Shown: positions 32,493 to 45,177 of the stretch, piece after piece | Numbering within the stretch: position 1 is the stretch's first letter | How the letters are laid out: every line of letters starts with the position of its first letter | Source: Psilocybe cubensis | Lineage: Eukaryota | Direction of reading: 5' to 3' | Assembly: GCA_017499595.2 (NCBI GenBank) | Contig: CM038998.1 | Coordinates: forward strand, 1-64,000 | DNA: 64,000 nt | Notes under the pieces: model-generated | Told to the model about the DNA's origin: nothing | The model's input: the letters and a program-made list of their open reading frames with translations, nothing else | Database searches by the model: none | Position numbers and translations under genes: made by a program

Positions 32493-33199
32493 AAAGAATA
32501 CTAGCGCTTAAGGCGTAAAGCATTAGAAAAAAACCCTAACCGTAAGTATTCCTTGCTATAAAGTAACAAACATCTACTTACAAGCAACACATTGGATTGA
32601 ATAGCTAAACCTAAACCTAAACCCTAAACCCTAAACCCTAAGCCCTAACCTAACCCCAACCCTAAGCTAACTAAGTCTAACCTTAGTAGGAAGTAAGGTA
32701 GGCGTGTGAACTTCCGAACGGCATGTGATTGTGAAGGGCCGGATCTAATTTAGTACATGGGAAAAGTTACTTAGTACTTCGGGAAAAGTTCCTTAGTACC
32801 GTGGAAACATTTTTGATGGACCGGATCATGAACTGTCCAATTAAGATTCACAACAATCAATCAATTGATTGTTAGGTAAGGACCCAGGTAAGCTATTTAT
32901 ACTCTTGACATGTGAATATTCCCATGTCGCGGTTACTCGGAGCCACGTAACCAGAGTAATCTATATCCATGTGATTCACATCACAGTCAATAACCCACGA
33001 TGTCAAAGAACAAAAGTGTTGGATCCACTTTTGACAGGTTACCATGTGCCACATTGACCCGTGACACTCTGTTCATCAGAGACCTGTCTAACTTGACAAT
33101 AAACATTGACAGATTTGTGATAGTCGGTAAGATACATGACAGCTGCACAGCATCACTTCACGCGCTGTCATCGGATGTCTAGAACATTCCTTCTAAGAA

Positions 33200-33266
33200 T
33201 AGCCACTGAAGAGTCTATAAAGACGAAAGGGCTGGTTGTTGGTACCCCCCAACAGCCCTCTGGCCT
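33200..33266 (+). ncRNA. Hammerhead ribozyme, intact (third stem III loop variant)
   Basis: Same core; stem III extension GUUGGUACCCCCCAAC. Confidence 0.88.
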
Positions 33267-33332
33267 TCTTTCCATTTAACTCACAGTTTAAACAAGTCGC
33301 TCGCACCTCGCTTCGCTCGGTGCTCGCTCCCC

Positions 33333-33367
33333 CCCTAAACCCTAATAACCCCTAAACCCTAAACCCT
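33333..33367. repeat. Short interstitial telomeric tract capping a truncated copy
   Basis: CCCTAAA units joined directly to mid-RT sequence ATGTACGAGG. Confidence 0.9.
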
Positions 33368-35495
33368 ATGTACGAGGAATGGTTACTCAACGCTTCGGAA
33401 GAAAACACTGCATTAGCCCATATTAATCCAAATTCGTTAGAGAATAACTTGGTTAAATTGGGCATCTTTAAACGTGCTATCGAGATTGGCAATACGCAAT
33501 TGATAACACAACATGGGTCTAGATATTTTAGACAAAAAAATGGCCTCGCAATGGGCGTCGCGGATTCTCCGGACCTTGCTAACCTCTTTGGAGCCCATTT
33601 TGAAATAAAGTCAAAAATCTTAGACCACCCAAACGTGGCCTTCTATGGAAGGTACATCGACGATTGTTTCGCAATTGTTTACGCCGAGTCCGAAGCACTT
33701 GCACTTAATCTTATTAAAGAAACAATAAAGTTCGATGGTTGTGTTATCGAATGGGCTGTTTCCTCGTCGGGATGTCAATTTCTCGATGCTTTCATATTCA
33801 AGGAGTCTGGAAAACTTCATTGGAAGCCATTTGTCAAGACAGGAAACAACCGAGAACGAGTTCCATGGGTATCACATCATCCTTTGGACGTCAAACGTGG
33901 CGTCTACATTGGAGAGTTATCCAGGTTAGCCGTACTATGTAGTACCAAGGAAATCTACATCGGAGCAATTAGAGACCTTAACGCTCTCTATTTGATGCGC
34001 GGTTATCCCGAAAACCTAGTCATGTCTTGGTGTAAGAAGAATATACAAGAACGTTGGGAAAAGCGATTCGCTTTACGAGTCGCAGAGCACGACGAATCCA
34101 TTCTTGTACTTAAAACCAGATTTGATCAGGTATGGAATTGGTTTTCAGCTGCTGAACTTGGAAAGACTGTTACCGAGTACTGGTCGGCATGGTATGAACA
34201 TGCCGAGAAAGGTCTGTATAGTGCAGACTCGTCCAGACCCCTTATCAAACCAGATCCAAATTACGTTCACGACCTCGATGATGTTCGCCCGGAGCTGTTC
34301 ACACAGATCCTCGTGGACGGAGAAACTGAGTTCGTACCGGATTTGAGGAAGATAGGACTACTCGGAAGTCGTTGGATAGTATCGCGAAAGCGCAATACTA
34401 ATCTTTTCGACCTTGCAAATGTGTGGAAGAAAACAGTCTTTCGTAAACTGGATGAAAACATCGCTGAAAAAGGTGGTGTTGTTCCCGAAACTCAAAACGT
34501 TAATGAAACTTATCATTCTGCTCTAGTTGAAGCTGCTGAACAGATAAGTATCGAAAGTGATAACGAGATAATACTTCATAGACGTTCAACCTCACAAGAG
34601 AGGGAACATCCAGAATTCGGCAGAATATCCAAATCTTACAACCGATGAAAAGAATACTAGCGCGTAAGGCGTAAAGCATTAGAAAAAAAAACCCTAACCG
34701 TAAGTATTCCTTGCTATAAAGTAACAAACATCTACTTACAAGCAACACTTTGGATTAAATAGCTAAACCTAAACCCTAAACCCTAAACCCTAAACCCTAA
34801 CCTAACCCCAACCCTAAGCTAACTAAGTCTAACCTTAGTAGGAAGTAAGGTAGGCGTGTGAACTTCCGAACGGCATGTGATTGTGAAGGGCCGGATCTAA
34901 TTTAGTACATGGGAAAAGTTACTTAGTACTTCGGGAAAAGTTCCTTAGTACCGTGGAAACATTTTTGATGGACCGGATCATGAACTGTCCAATTAAGATT
35001 CACAACAATCAATCATTCTATTGTTTGATTGTTAGGTAAGGACCCAGGTAAGCTATTTATACTCTAGACATGTGAATATTCCCATGTCGCGGTTACTCGG
35101 AGCCACGTAACCAGAGTAATCTATATCCATGTGATTCACATCACAGTCAATAACCCACGATGTCAAAGAACAAAAGTGTTGGATCCACTTTTGACAGGTT
35201 ACCATGTGCCACATCGACCCGTGGCACTCTGTTCATCAGAGACCTGTCTAACTTGACAATAAACATTGACAGATTTGTGATAGTCGGTAAGATACATGAC
35301 AGCTGCGCAGCATCACTTCACGCGCTGTCATCGGATGTCTAGAACATTCCTTCTAAGAATAGCCACTGAAGAGTCTATAAAGACGAAAGGGCTGGTTGTT
35401 GGGATCCCCCAACAGCCCTCTGGCTTCTTTCCATTTTAACTCCCAGTTTAAACTAGTCGCTCGCACCTCGCTTCGCTCGGTGCTCGCTCCCCCCC
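33368..35495 (+). mobile_element. 5'-truncated PLE copy, the most proximal (RT fragment 33368-34648 plus pLTR)
   Basis: Starts inside the RT downstream of the GDVVAFYP motif. Confidence 0.92.
35360..35426 (+). ncRNA. Hammerhead ribozyme, intact
   Basis: Same core and stems. Confidence 0.88.
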
Positions 35496-35541
35496 TAAAC
35501 CCTAAACCCTAAACCCTAAACCCTAAACCCTAAACCCTAAA
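35493..35541. repeat. Interstitial telomeric tract (CCCTAAA)7 at the array/subtelomere junction
   Basis: Perfect heptamers followed by non-element DNA. Confidence 0.93.
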
Positions 35542-36852
35542 AACCGTAAAGCCAACAAGTCACTACTCAAAATACGTATTCCTGGTAGGAAGACATTGTA
35601 ATTAGTACTTATCTCTTTCTCTCAATGTGTATTATTGTTAAAAACGGCGTGGAGAAATGTGCTGCCCCGCAGGGAGAAAATTTCCTAATTTGGAAGGACC
35701 CTGAGGAGGTCTGTCCGGTTTCGCGGATTTGAGGCCCCAAATCTCGCGGATTTGAGGGCCAAATTCGGGGTCGAGGCCGGACAAGGCCTTAGGGGAGCTT
35801 CCCGGGTCCTGGAAATACTGAACAAAGATGTCACTTCAGGGCCTGATTCCGACCGCTATGGTTCTACGCCTGGTGCTTACTGGAATACGTACTTCCTCTT
35901 GATGTCAGTCGATACATAATACGCCTGTATTCGCACGTAAGCCGTAAAACACAAAATCCATTCTCTGCCCGCCCCCTGTACTGAGGCGTGAGAATTGTAT
36001 CATATGATGTGTGGGACTTCACCGAATGCCGTCGGTATCTCTTCGACCGTCCTCCATTCCATTCCGTCACCCAAAGAAGTACCATTTTACCACTCATAGC
36101 CCCCTTGCGCTTCTGTGTCGACACGTAAAGTAAGATACAAAAGCAGTTCACTCGATACACCACTTGGAGCACTATTAGAAGGGATATATGTGTTATGGAA
36201 GTAGCACTACAGTGTGTATCTGAATCAGTATATCAAAACGTTTACATGATCCTGAAAAGACCCAGATCATTGACGGATAGACCGTTAAACGCTCTCCAAG
36301 CTTATCCGGCCGCTAAACAAAATCTAGCAACTCTACCAACCACTCATATCCGTACGAATTACCTCGTCCAAACCGTGCGCGCGCTTATAATAGCGCTTCG
36401 ATGTTAAACTCCTAAAGCCTGAAGCTGAAGTCGTCCGTCTGTGCATCACATACCGCTTTCTCTCTCGCTTACTTCGACTTCGACCTCGCCTCGCCACTTC
36501 AATCCACTCGTCTTTTCTCGTTTCGTCTCGTCTCGTTCATTGAACCCGTCTCATCACGGCGTACGCGCCGTCTCGTCTCATCTCGCGCCTTCCATCTCGC
36601 CTCGCCTCATTTAAAAAATTCATCGAGGTTTGATCCTGAGACATTTACACAGCACAGCACTCGACTCTCGTCTCGTCTCGTCTCGTCTAGTTAGACTAGT
36701 GGCGACAAATTGACCTGAACGTGTTGGTTAGCACGTCCACTGTCAAGAGTCGAGAGTCGGGACTCGATAGTCGACCACCTATCCTGATCGTCTTGCCGTG
36801 CTTGCGTAGAACATTGTGGTGTTCGAACTAAAGCCATGTTCAGATTCAAATT

Positions 36853-37096
36853 CAGAGAGTCAGAGTCAGAGAGTGGGAGAGTCAGAGAGTCGGAGAGTCA
36901 GAGAGTCAGAGAGTCAGAGAGTCAGATGGCACAGGGGTCACAACTGGGAACGGCATCCTAAACACAATTGGATAGAATTGGATAGATAGATAGAATCGGA
37001 TAGATAGATAGAATTGGATAAAATAAAATAAAATAAAATAGCGATGAAACAGACCAAACCAAACGTCACTCACTCACTAACTAACTAACTAACTAA
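36853..37096. repeat. Simple-repeat cluster: (CAGAGAGT)n, (GATA)n, (TAAAA)n, (CTAA)n
   Basis: Directly visible low-complexity runs downstream of the G-alpha gene. Confidence 0.8.
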
Positions 37097-37233
37097 GTAT
37101 GCAAGTATATACACAAAAACGGAGTAATGAGACCTTTAACAACTAGATAAGCGTGTAGATCGACCATACGACCGACCGACGGGCGCATATATGTACAGTA
37201 TACACGTATACTCGTCGCACAAGTGTGCTGGGA

Positions 37234-39741
37234 TCACGACAACTGAACAACATAATTCAGCACAAGAACAGGTGGGAGGGGGGAGGGGGAGAAAGGGGGG
37301 AGGGGGAGAAGTGGGAAAGGGGAAGGGGAACAGGAAGGGACGTACGAAATCGGCGTTTTTGAGGTAGTCCCGCAATATACTGTCTTTGACTATACATAAA
37401 ACCGCACGTCAGCTTAGTAGCATAAGGTGGATGGAGGAGAGTGGTGCTTACCAGCTTTTATAGTCGTCGCTGTCGCTTTTTTGTCCTGCAAATTAATCCA
37501 TCAGGGATGAGAGAGAGAAGGGGGGAGAGAGAGGGAGGGAAGGACGTACGACGACGGACGTAGCGTAAAAGTAGCTCGCGCGCTGTGTAGGCAAGTGTTC
37601 CTTCAACTGCTCTTTAAACTTTTCTCTCAAATCTACCAACACCATCAGCAATCAAAAATCCAAAAAACGGCTCCAACGCACATTTCACAACAGTATTCAC
37701 ATCATTCGCACGTTCACCATAACTAGGCAGATACTTGCGCACCTGCACCCCCGCTTTCAGCTTCCTCTTCAGGAGATCGCATTTGTTAAGGAAGAGGATC
37801 ATGGTCGTGCTGGCGAGGAGCTTGGAGGAGCAGACGGTGCGCCAGAGGAGGAAGGAGTCTTCGAGGCGGTTGACGCGTGCGTCTTCGGTGAGACGCTCGT
37901 CGAAGCATGATACAGGCGCCACTGGGTGTATTAGCTGTGTTAACGAATGGGAAAGGAGGGGGGGAGGGAAGGGGACGCACGGAATATGATAGCTTGGACA
38001 TTATCAAAATACGGCAACCACGCGTGGCGCTGTGACTATGTGAGCCAGGGTCAAAACAAGTCGGGAGAGGGGGACATACCACAGTCCGCGATCCACCTAC
38101 GTCGTACAAGATCCACTCTTTACCTGCGTCTCCGCCGATACCGCCCGCAAAGATGCTAGTCGGGCCGTCATCCAGTCTGATGCGGTACTCTTGCACGCCA
38201 AGAGTTCGGAGTCGTGCGCGGACGACGTCATCGTCTGACGGCGAGTAATCGCGCTGGGCGATGCGGTCGAGGTCGTCCAGGAAACTATGCGTCTATTAGC
38301 ACACGGGTATGCAGAGAGAAAGAGCGGACGTACAAGCCAGCTGTATCCTCGATCCTTATCCTCCGCTTTTTGAGCACGGCACGTACGACATCGTCCGTCC
38401 ACAGCGCCTTCATATCCTCCAAACAACTAGCCAGAATCTCCGTCGCATCGTCCACCATCTCCCCTTCCCCCTCCCCATCCTCACCAACGGGCGTCGCACG
38501 CCCACTCCCCACCCTCCCCTGCCTCCTCACACTCTGCGCCGAGCCCTTCCGCACTAAGCGCTGCCCGCGCTGCAACGCCTCCTGCAACCGCGTCACTCCA
38601 AACTCGCGTTGCGCTGACGCAGCACCAAGCGGGCGCGCCAGACCCTGCGGTTCCGTTTCGAGACTTAACGGGCCGAGACTCGTTCCGCCTAACACATTCG
38701 TCGCTGCGCTATCACCCGTCGCAGCAGCAGCAGCAGCAGGCGCTGGCGATGGCAAGGGCAACCCCATATCCTCATCCGACCCCGCACCAAGCCGCCTCTT
38801 CAGATCCGTCTCCACACGGCGTAACGGCCCAAGCCGCATCTTCAGCACCTGGTGTTTACCCGTCAACAGCGTCGACAACTGTTTACTCCCTTCCCTCCCC
38901 GTGCCTCCTCCCACACCACTCCCACTCCCACTCGCTTCCCCCCCGCCACCTGCACTGCTACTCCCCCCAGGACTAACAGACTGCTGCAGATCGCCCTCGC
39001 CCTCGGGCTCCCCGTCCATCTCAGCCTGCAGCGCCTCTACGATCGTAATGATCGAGCGGATCACGTTGAGCTGGATCACAGCGCGCCACGACGCGCGCTC
39101 GGCGTCCCAGTCTGCGCGTGCGTATTTCATGCGAAAGTCTGTGTCGGTGGGTGGGTGTGTCGCGTGGGTAGGTGGGTGGATTGAGTTGGGAAGGGAGGAG
39201 AGAGGGACGGAAAGTCAGTATAAGAACACGGGTAAGATAATACAACGCACTTTTCAACGTCGTCGATTTGCCTAACCATCACAACCCACGTCCACGAGCA
39301 CGAGCGCGCATTGAATCCCAAGTCCCAAGTCCCAATTCCAATCCCAATCCCAATCCCAGTCGCAATCGCACACCATATCCAAAAAATTCCCAAAAAACAC
39401 AAATCAAAGAAAAACGTCAGCTTCCCCTCCCCCAAAACCCCCCAACCCAAAACCCCCCTCAAAAAACCCAAAAAACACTCACCACTCTCACTCTGCCCCA
39501 ACAAAAGCACCCTCACAACCCCCCTCTCCCTCCGTCTCCTCTCAGCCCTCTCAACCTTCAACTCCTCATCAATCATCTCACTCACTCTCCTTGCCGCCGC
39601 CTCTGCTTCCAGGCGGGTGGTGCGTTCAGTGGGAGTTTCGTTGGGTGGGGGGAGGAGGAGGGTTGATAGGGGGTCGTCGGATTGGGATGTGGTGGTTGTG
39701 GTTGTGGTTGTGGATGAGGTTGTGGATGTTGGGAGACCCAT
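37234..39741 (-). CDS. Heterotrimeric G-protein alpha subunit, atypical, about 10 exons: 39741-39483, 39271-39251, 39138-38334, 38284-38080, 38029-37981, 37921-37682, 37632-37550, 37485-37452, 37389-37346, 37242-37234 (last exon tentative)
   Basis: GT-AG splicing by eye gives one continuous frame with VLLLGQSESGKST (G1), RARLRTLG (G2), YDVGGSR (G3), LFLNKCD (G4) and ATSVVD (G5); N-terminus MGLPTS. Confidence 0.88.
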
Positions 39742-41639
39742 TTTTGGTTTGTGGGTTGGGTGGGTTTTTTGGTGGGATTGGGTGCGGGTGGAAAGCGCTG
39801 GTGCTTTGTTTGGTGTAGATCTATAAGCAGAAACGTCAGCTACGTTCAAATCCAGCTATGATACGATGGGGGTGTGGGGTGAATGGAACAGTGCAATGTC
39901 AAATGAGTGCACGAACGAACACAAAACAAGAAAAAAAAATAAAGATTGAAAGATTGAGAGATTGAATCCAATAAAGATACGTGAAAGGTAAAGGAAAAGG
40001 AAAAAGTGAGCGTAACAGTGGAAAGGTATAACCGACCGACCAACCGATGCTCGAGCAAACTCAACCTAACTCTACCAACCAACCAACCAACCTAACTCAA
40101 CCAACTCAACCCAACCAACGGCTAGCGGCCAACGATGGACGATGAACGATGAACGATGCAGACCGAAGACCACTACCGATACACGACTGATGTTGTATGA
40201 TGCGTCCTCCATACATCCCCGCACGTCTGCATGCTGACCCGCTTCCAAAATGACACGTTCTTCCGACGTCGAAGGGACTAGAGAAGGTCAGTGATCCGTC
40301 AAGTTGATGTTGATGTCATACTCACCAACGTTGCGAGCATTGAACAAGGTCTACTGACGCGTGCACCATACAATCCCGCATACTCGCCTGTGTACCGCCT
40401 CCAAAACAACATGATGGAATCCCTTTGAACCTTTTCACACACCATCCCGCCTCGACAGCGACCCGGTTCCAACGTTGAAGAGACTAGAGAAGGTCAGTTA
40501 GCTGTCAAGTTGATGTTGATGCCATACTCACCAATGTTGCCAGCATACCCCGCTGCCCTATGCCAGCACTGAGCACGCTCCCATCCCACTTGCATCATCA
40601 TACTCCCGCATACTGTCCCGCCTCAACAGTGACGTGTAGCCTAGACACTGTCAGTGGGCTATCAACATCACTTGATGCCGTACTCACCGACGTGGCCAGC
40701 GCACTCGCCTCATCGGGTGTCGCACACACTCCAATGACACATCCCCCGCGATTCCCCACGTGTCGTGCGCGAAACACCATGCTTGCTAGATGTCAAAGGG
40801 TCTGGAGGAGAGAGGGATATGATTTTGAAGCCGTACTCACCCTAACACTTCCAGCATAGCCACTGTGAGACTATACGCACCCCCTTGCGCATCAACGCTG
40901 TCCGGCAAATGTATGCAAGTTGGATGGGCTGCGCGTCGCCATCTCTGTGCAGCTTGATTGAGTGCGGGGTGGTGCTGGAACATGGATACATAAGTCAACG
41001 TGCTGGTTACTATGATTCAGGCAGAACTAACCTTGACACGCAGATTCTCTGCACTAGACTGCGGCACATAGTCGCCGCCACGTCGATGTCATCTGTGTGC
41101 TAATGCACGGCATGGATGGCAAAGGGAGGGGGAGGGGGTTATGGATGATTTGATTCCAACCACTAGAACGCACAGATTCACATTAAACAGCTCACCAAAG
41201 CGTTCCCCATCCTCCAAGACACCTTAATGGATGATTATCGACACCCTGGATCCTCTCCCCGCGTTTACGCAATTCCAGCCTTGCGATTCATACAGCACGT
41301 TGCTTGGTTTAGGGACCTATGGGGAGAGCGTAAAGATGGCCAAGCGGGGGGTGTTGTACTACTTGCAGGTACGCATCTGCTTCTTTCATGGCCCCCGAAG
41401 TTGTGTCTTAGCACATGAATATTTTTATCCTCGACAAGCAGAGACAACGTAGAGAATATGTGTGTGTAGAATTGTGAATTAGCCATCAAGCCGATTGAAA
41501 ACATCAATGACGATAAGGCAGAGTGCGGGAGCGGCGCTGATGTCAAGTATGTGCCAGTGTAATGGGAAATTGAGGGTGATAGCGGTAGAGAGGGTTGGGT
41601 TGTGGGTGACCTCGAGTTGCGAAAAAACATTTAAAAAAT

Positions 41640-41848
41640 CAAGTGCGAACCACTCGCCTAGATTTTCCAACTCCTCTGTGCATCTACCTTACTAGCCTGC
41701 ATCCCCTCTCAACAGTCACGTACTCCTGGAGTCCCACAATGTTTGTGTTGCCGTTCATGTGGTTGGGAAAGAGTCTAGAGATGGTAGTGGAAGACAACAA
41801 ATGTCGCGTTGTTTGTCCCTGCTGTTGTCAGGGACATTCAAACTCCGC
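41640..41848. repeat. Dispersed repeat, inverted relative to about 48675-48880; its end motif recurs near 50583 and 55108
   Basis: Reverse complement of GCGGAGTTTGAATGTCCYTGACAACAGCARGGACAAACAAC, with further diverged similarity. Confidence 0.7.
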
Positions 41849-42523
41849 GCATGGCAATGAAGATGGAGAGCGACAGACCGAACACAACCACTCACACTCT
41901 CATGATCACCGACAAACACGCGTACTCCGCCTATCATTATCCACGAGATTGAAAACATGACTCATCGGTATGTCTACATTTTTAGCTTTGCCGATACTAT
42001 ACACTAACACACGATTAATATAATCTTCAAGTGTCTTTGGATCGTTGAATCCATCGTGAAGACAGCCCCGCACCTTGTGTGAGATTGCACTGGCAGGACG
42101 GACACTACGAGCGTGTACCAACCACCAGGTGAGCTATCTTACATTATTGACATCCTTAAGTGGTCTCTAAGAAAATAGCAATTCAGCATTTCAGGGACAG
42201 GAACTCGCCGGTTTGAACAGACGGTCATGACGTGTTGTGTATGTCCTTTTGATTTTGCTTTCAGACAACATTTAGCTTATACACATGAGATCGTATGTAC
42301 GTCCGCGCGAATGGAATGTCAATTTGTTCTCCAGATTCAAATCAATCCGAACAGGCATTGGAGAACAACAAACAGAAGCAACTTTACCATGCCAATTTCG
42401 CGACGGAGCGTTTATCAAATCAATATGCCGCTCCTCGTCTCCCCATCCGTTTTTATACCACTTCTCAAATGTATGTATTCAGCTTGATTCTATATATGGA
42501 CTAGTGCTAATTAGCTGCGTAGC

Positions 42524-43140
42524 GTTGCCTTGAGAAACTACTTGGATTATGGAGGATGTCTTGTTTGAAGGAGATACGTGGAGGCTCTCCCGAGCCGTTT
42601 CACGCAATTTACGGGCTTTTGGAGAGTCAAAAGACGTTGAATTAGACACGCCCCTATGTCAGTATGTAATAAAAACTGATGTAATGTTCAGAACTTGTGT
42701 TATTGCTCGCGTTTTCATGCGGACGGACATGCAGGTACACACCCTTTAAATGTGTTTCTGTGTATGTATTTCCGTTTAAACGATCATGCTGTCCTTTGTA
42801 ACCCTCTAGTTAGGTACTTGTGCACTTTTTAAGACGTGAGTGTTGCCTTGAGAAACTACTTGGATTGTGGAGAATGTCTTATTCGAAGGAGATACGTGGA
42901 GGCTCTCTTGGGCCATTTCAACACATTTTGGCGACTCAAAAGATGTCTAATTAGCCATGCCCGTATGTCAGTATGTAATAAAAACTAATGTAATGTTGAG
43001 AACCTTCTTTATCGTTCGCACGAAAACGCGAACGGACATGCAGGTACACACCTTTTAAACGTGTTTCTGTGTATGTATTACCATTTCAACGAACATACGG
43101 TCCTTTGCAACCGTTTAGATAGATGCTTGTGCACTTTTCA
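42524..43140. repeat. Diverged tandem duplication, period about 318 bp
   Basis: GTTGCCTTGAGAAACTACTTGGATT at 42524 and 42842, colinear through CTTGTGCACTTTT. Confidence 0.85.
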
Positions 43141-44980
43141 AAGCATAAACATATACAATTTAGTTGAAATTCTGCTAATGAAATGATAAGCGCCCAGATG
43201 CGTCCTGGGCTTTATATTTGACTTTCCAGGTATCAAAAGTGATAATACACTGCGATTGATGTCTTAAATCATACCATCACACTCCTATACATCCTTCAAA
43301 GATGCCCGATACCATCGATGTCCACCCACAATGGCCTAATCTCACCATAACGTATGCACACATCCTCCTCCCCAAATTCCGCATTTTGCACCCATTCCAG
43401 CCGCTTCCTTTTCTCTGCGGCACCCTTTCCCGATAACGTAAGACTAAGCGGCTCGGACACAGCCTACTTTGAGACCTAGAAGCACGCTGGAAATGAGCTG
43501 CGACGAGATGCTCTTCGACGGAGAATACTTACGTGGCGTGCGTTTCCGCCTTGTGGGAGCGTTTTTGACCGGGTTTGTTTGTATCTTTAGAGTTTACAGG
43601 GGTTAGATGGGATGTATCTGTTCTCATATGGTCACAATTTCAGGTGCTGGAATGCAATTTGTGAAACTGACGACATATTGCTGCTGCGACTTGTAGATAT
43701 CAAAATACGTCGTTTGGGACAACTTCAGAGATGGATACGTTGAATATGGGTATGTGAGATGTAATTTCTACTAGTATGTATGTGAGTTCACTGTTCTGGA
43801 TGCATCGAATTGAATGCAAGGACCCACAACGACGTTAAGCGCCTGACAAAGAAACAAGGAATAGGATTGAAAACCGTGAAATACAAAGACATAGTACAGG
43901 ACAGGGTTACCCAATGAGTGCATGCTAATCCCTCTTTACAGTCAGATTGACCCACACGGGTCAATTTCTTCAAAAAGCTCACCAACAATTGCACCTATGC
44001 ACCTATGCACATCCTCCCCGCCTCCCGATTCCCGATTCGAGCCATCCCAATCGCCTCCATTCCACACGGCACATCCCGCTCTTAGCACCTAACTACTCGG
44101 CTCCGCTAGCGAGCTTTAAATTTTTTTTCTTCAAATCCCTAGAAGATTTGTGAAATGAGAAACAACGACACTCATTGCAGCATGGTACGTACGTGGAATG
44201 TGGTTCTGCACTGTTCTAGGGGATTGGAGGGGTGGGGCGTTTTGGATGGTGCATTTGGGTGGGTGTGAATAGGAGATCTTGGTGTGGATGTGGGGTTAGT
44301 GTAGTGTAGAAGAGATGCAGGTGTCTTGTACGTGCCCTCATCGTCTAATCGACACTCTTACTCCAATATGCTGATGTTCAGGAGCCCCTGAGGGATGTTG
44401 TTTGCTTGATTCAGTCTGTGAGTGAGTGTTAAAGCTGTACTGCAGCTGCTAATCCGTTGTGGAAATCAATATCGTGGAGTTGCATGCAGTTAAGCGCCGA
44501 AATAAAGGAGTTCTATATACATATAATTGAATGCACAAATCTCGTATAAAGACGGTCCATATACCTACCAGCATACCAAAGATTTTCAAACACTCCAAGG
44601 CATCCACAAAGCACAACTGATTGTGCAATTCCATCCCATGTAACCGGATTCTCTCCTCCTCGCCCAAATCGCCGTTACACAACATTTCAATGCATTTTTT
44701 TTTTCGATTTTGATCCGATATGGTACTAGGCTCGGCTATTCATAATGTCAGAGCGCACTAGCGGGGACACTGTGTTCAATTTTCTGCATCCAGAAGATGG
44801 AATATGTACGCACTGCAACGAACACGAAATGTGCAAAGCATCAATTTCTGTTCGTAGTGTATGTACGTACATACGAGTCTTGAATGCGTGAATTGAATAC
44901 CGCATTCCACAAATCGCAGTAAATCAAACATAGCAGTTTACCAACTGCACCAGAACGCCGTGAAATGCACATTGGATAAA

Positions 44981-45177
44981 TTGGTACATACACACCAACC
45001 CTAACCTGCTACATATATAATTGTATTTACCAACCCTAACCAGCCTAATCTGTGCTTTTATGGTATTATCAAATCCCAACCAACCCTAAAACCTAAACCC
45101 TAAACCATCCTAATCTGTATTTTTGTGGTCATCACCAACCCTAACCAAGGCTAATATGTGCTTTGTGGTGTAGGTGT
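44981..45177. repeat. Dispersed repeat rich in AACCCTAA motifs, copy 1
   Basis: Colinear with 52110-52317. Confidence 0.8.

Larger units (their letters stand above)
28173..33335 (+). mobile_element. Full-length PLE copy 5, lacking the group I intron; ends approximate
   Basis: The 5' pLTR reads CAGCCCT|CTGG at 28846/28847 and continues into the ORF leader. Confidence 0.92.

Noticed and set aside
2379-35495. Repeat array as CRISPR or rDNA
   Set aside because: There is no repeat-spacer structure or cas gene, and the intron's flanks are element sequence, not rRNA.
38214-39275. 353-aa plus-strand ORF
   Set aside because: Antisense shadow of the GC-rich G-alpha exon 3.
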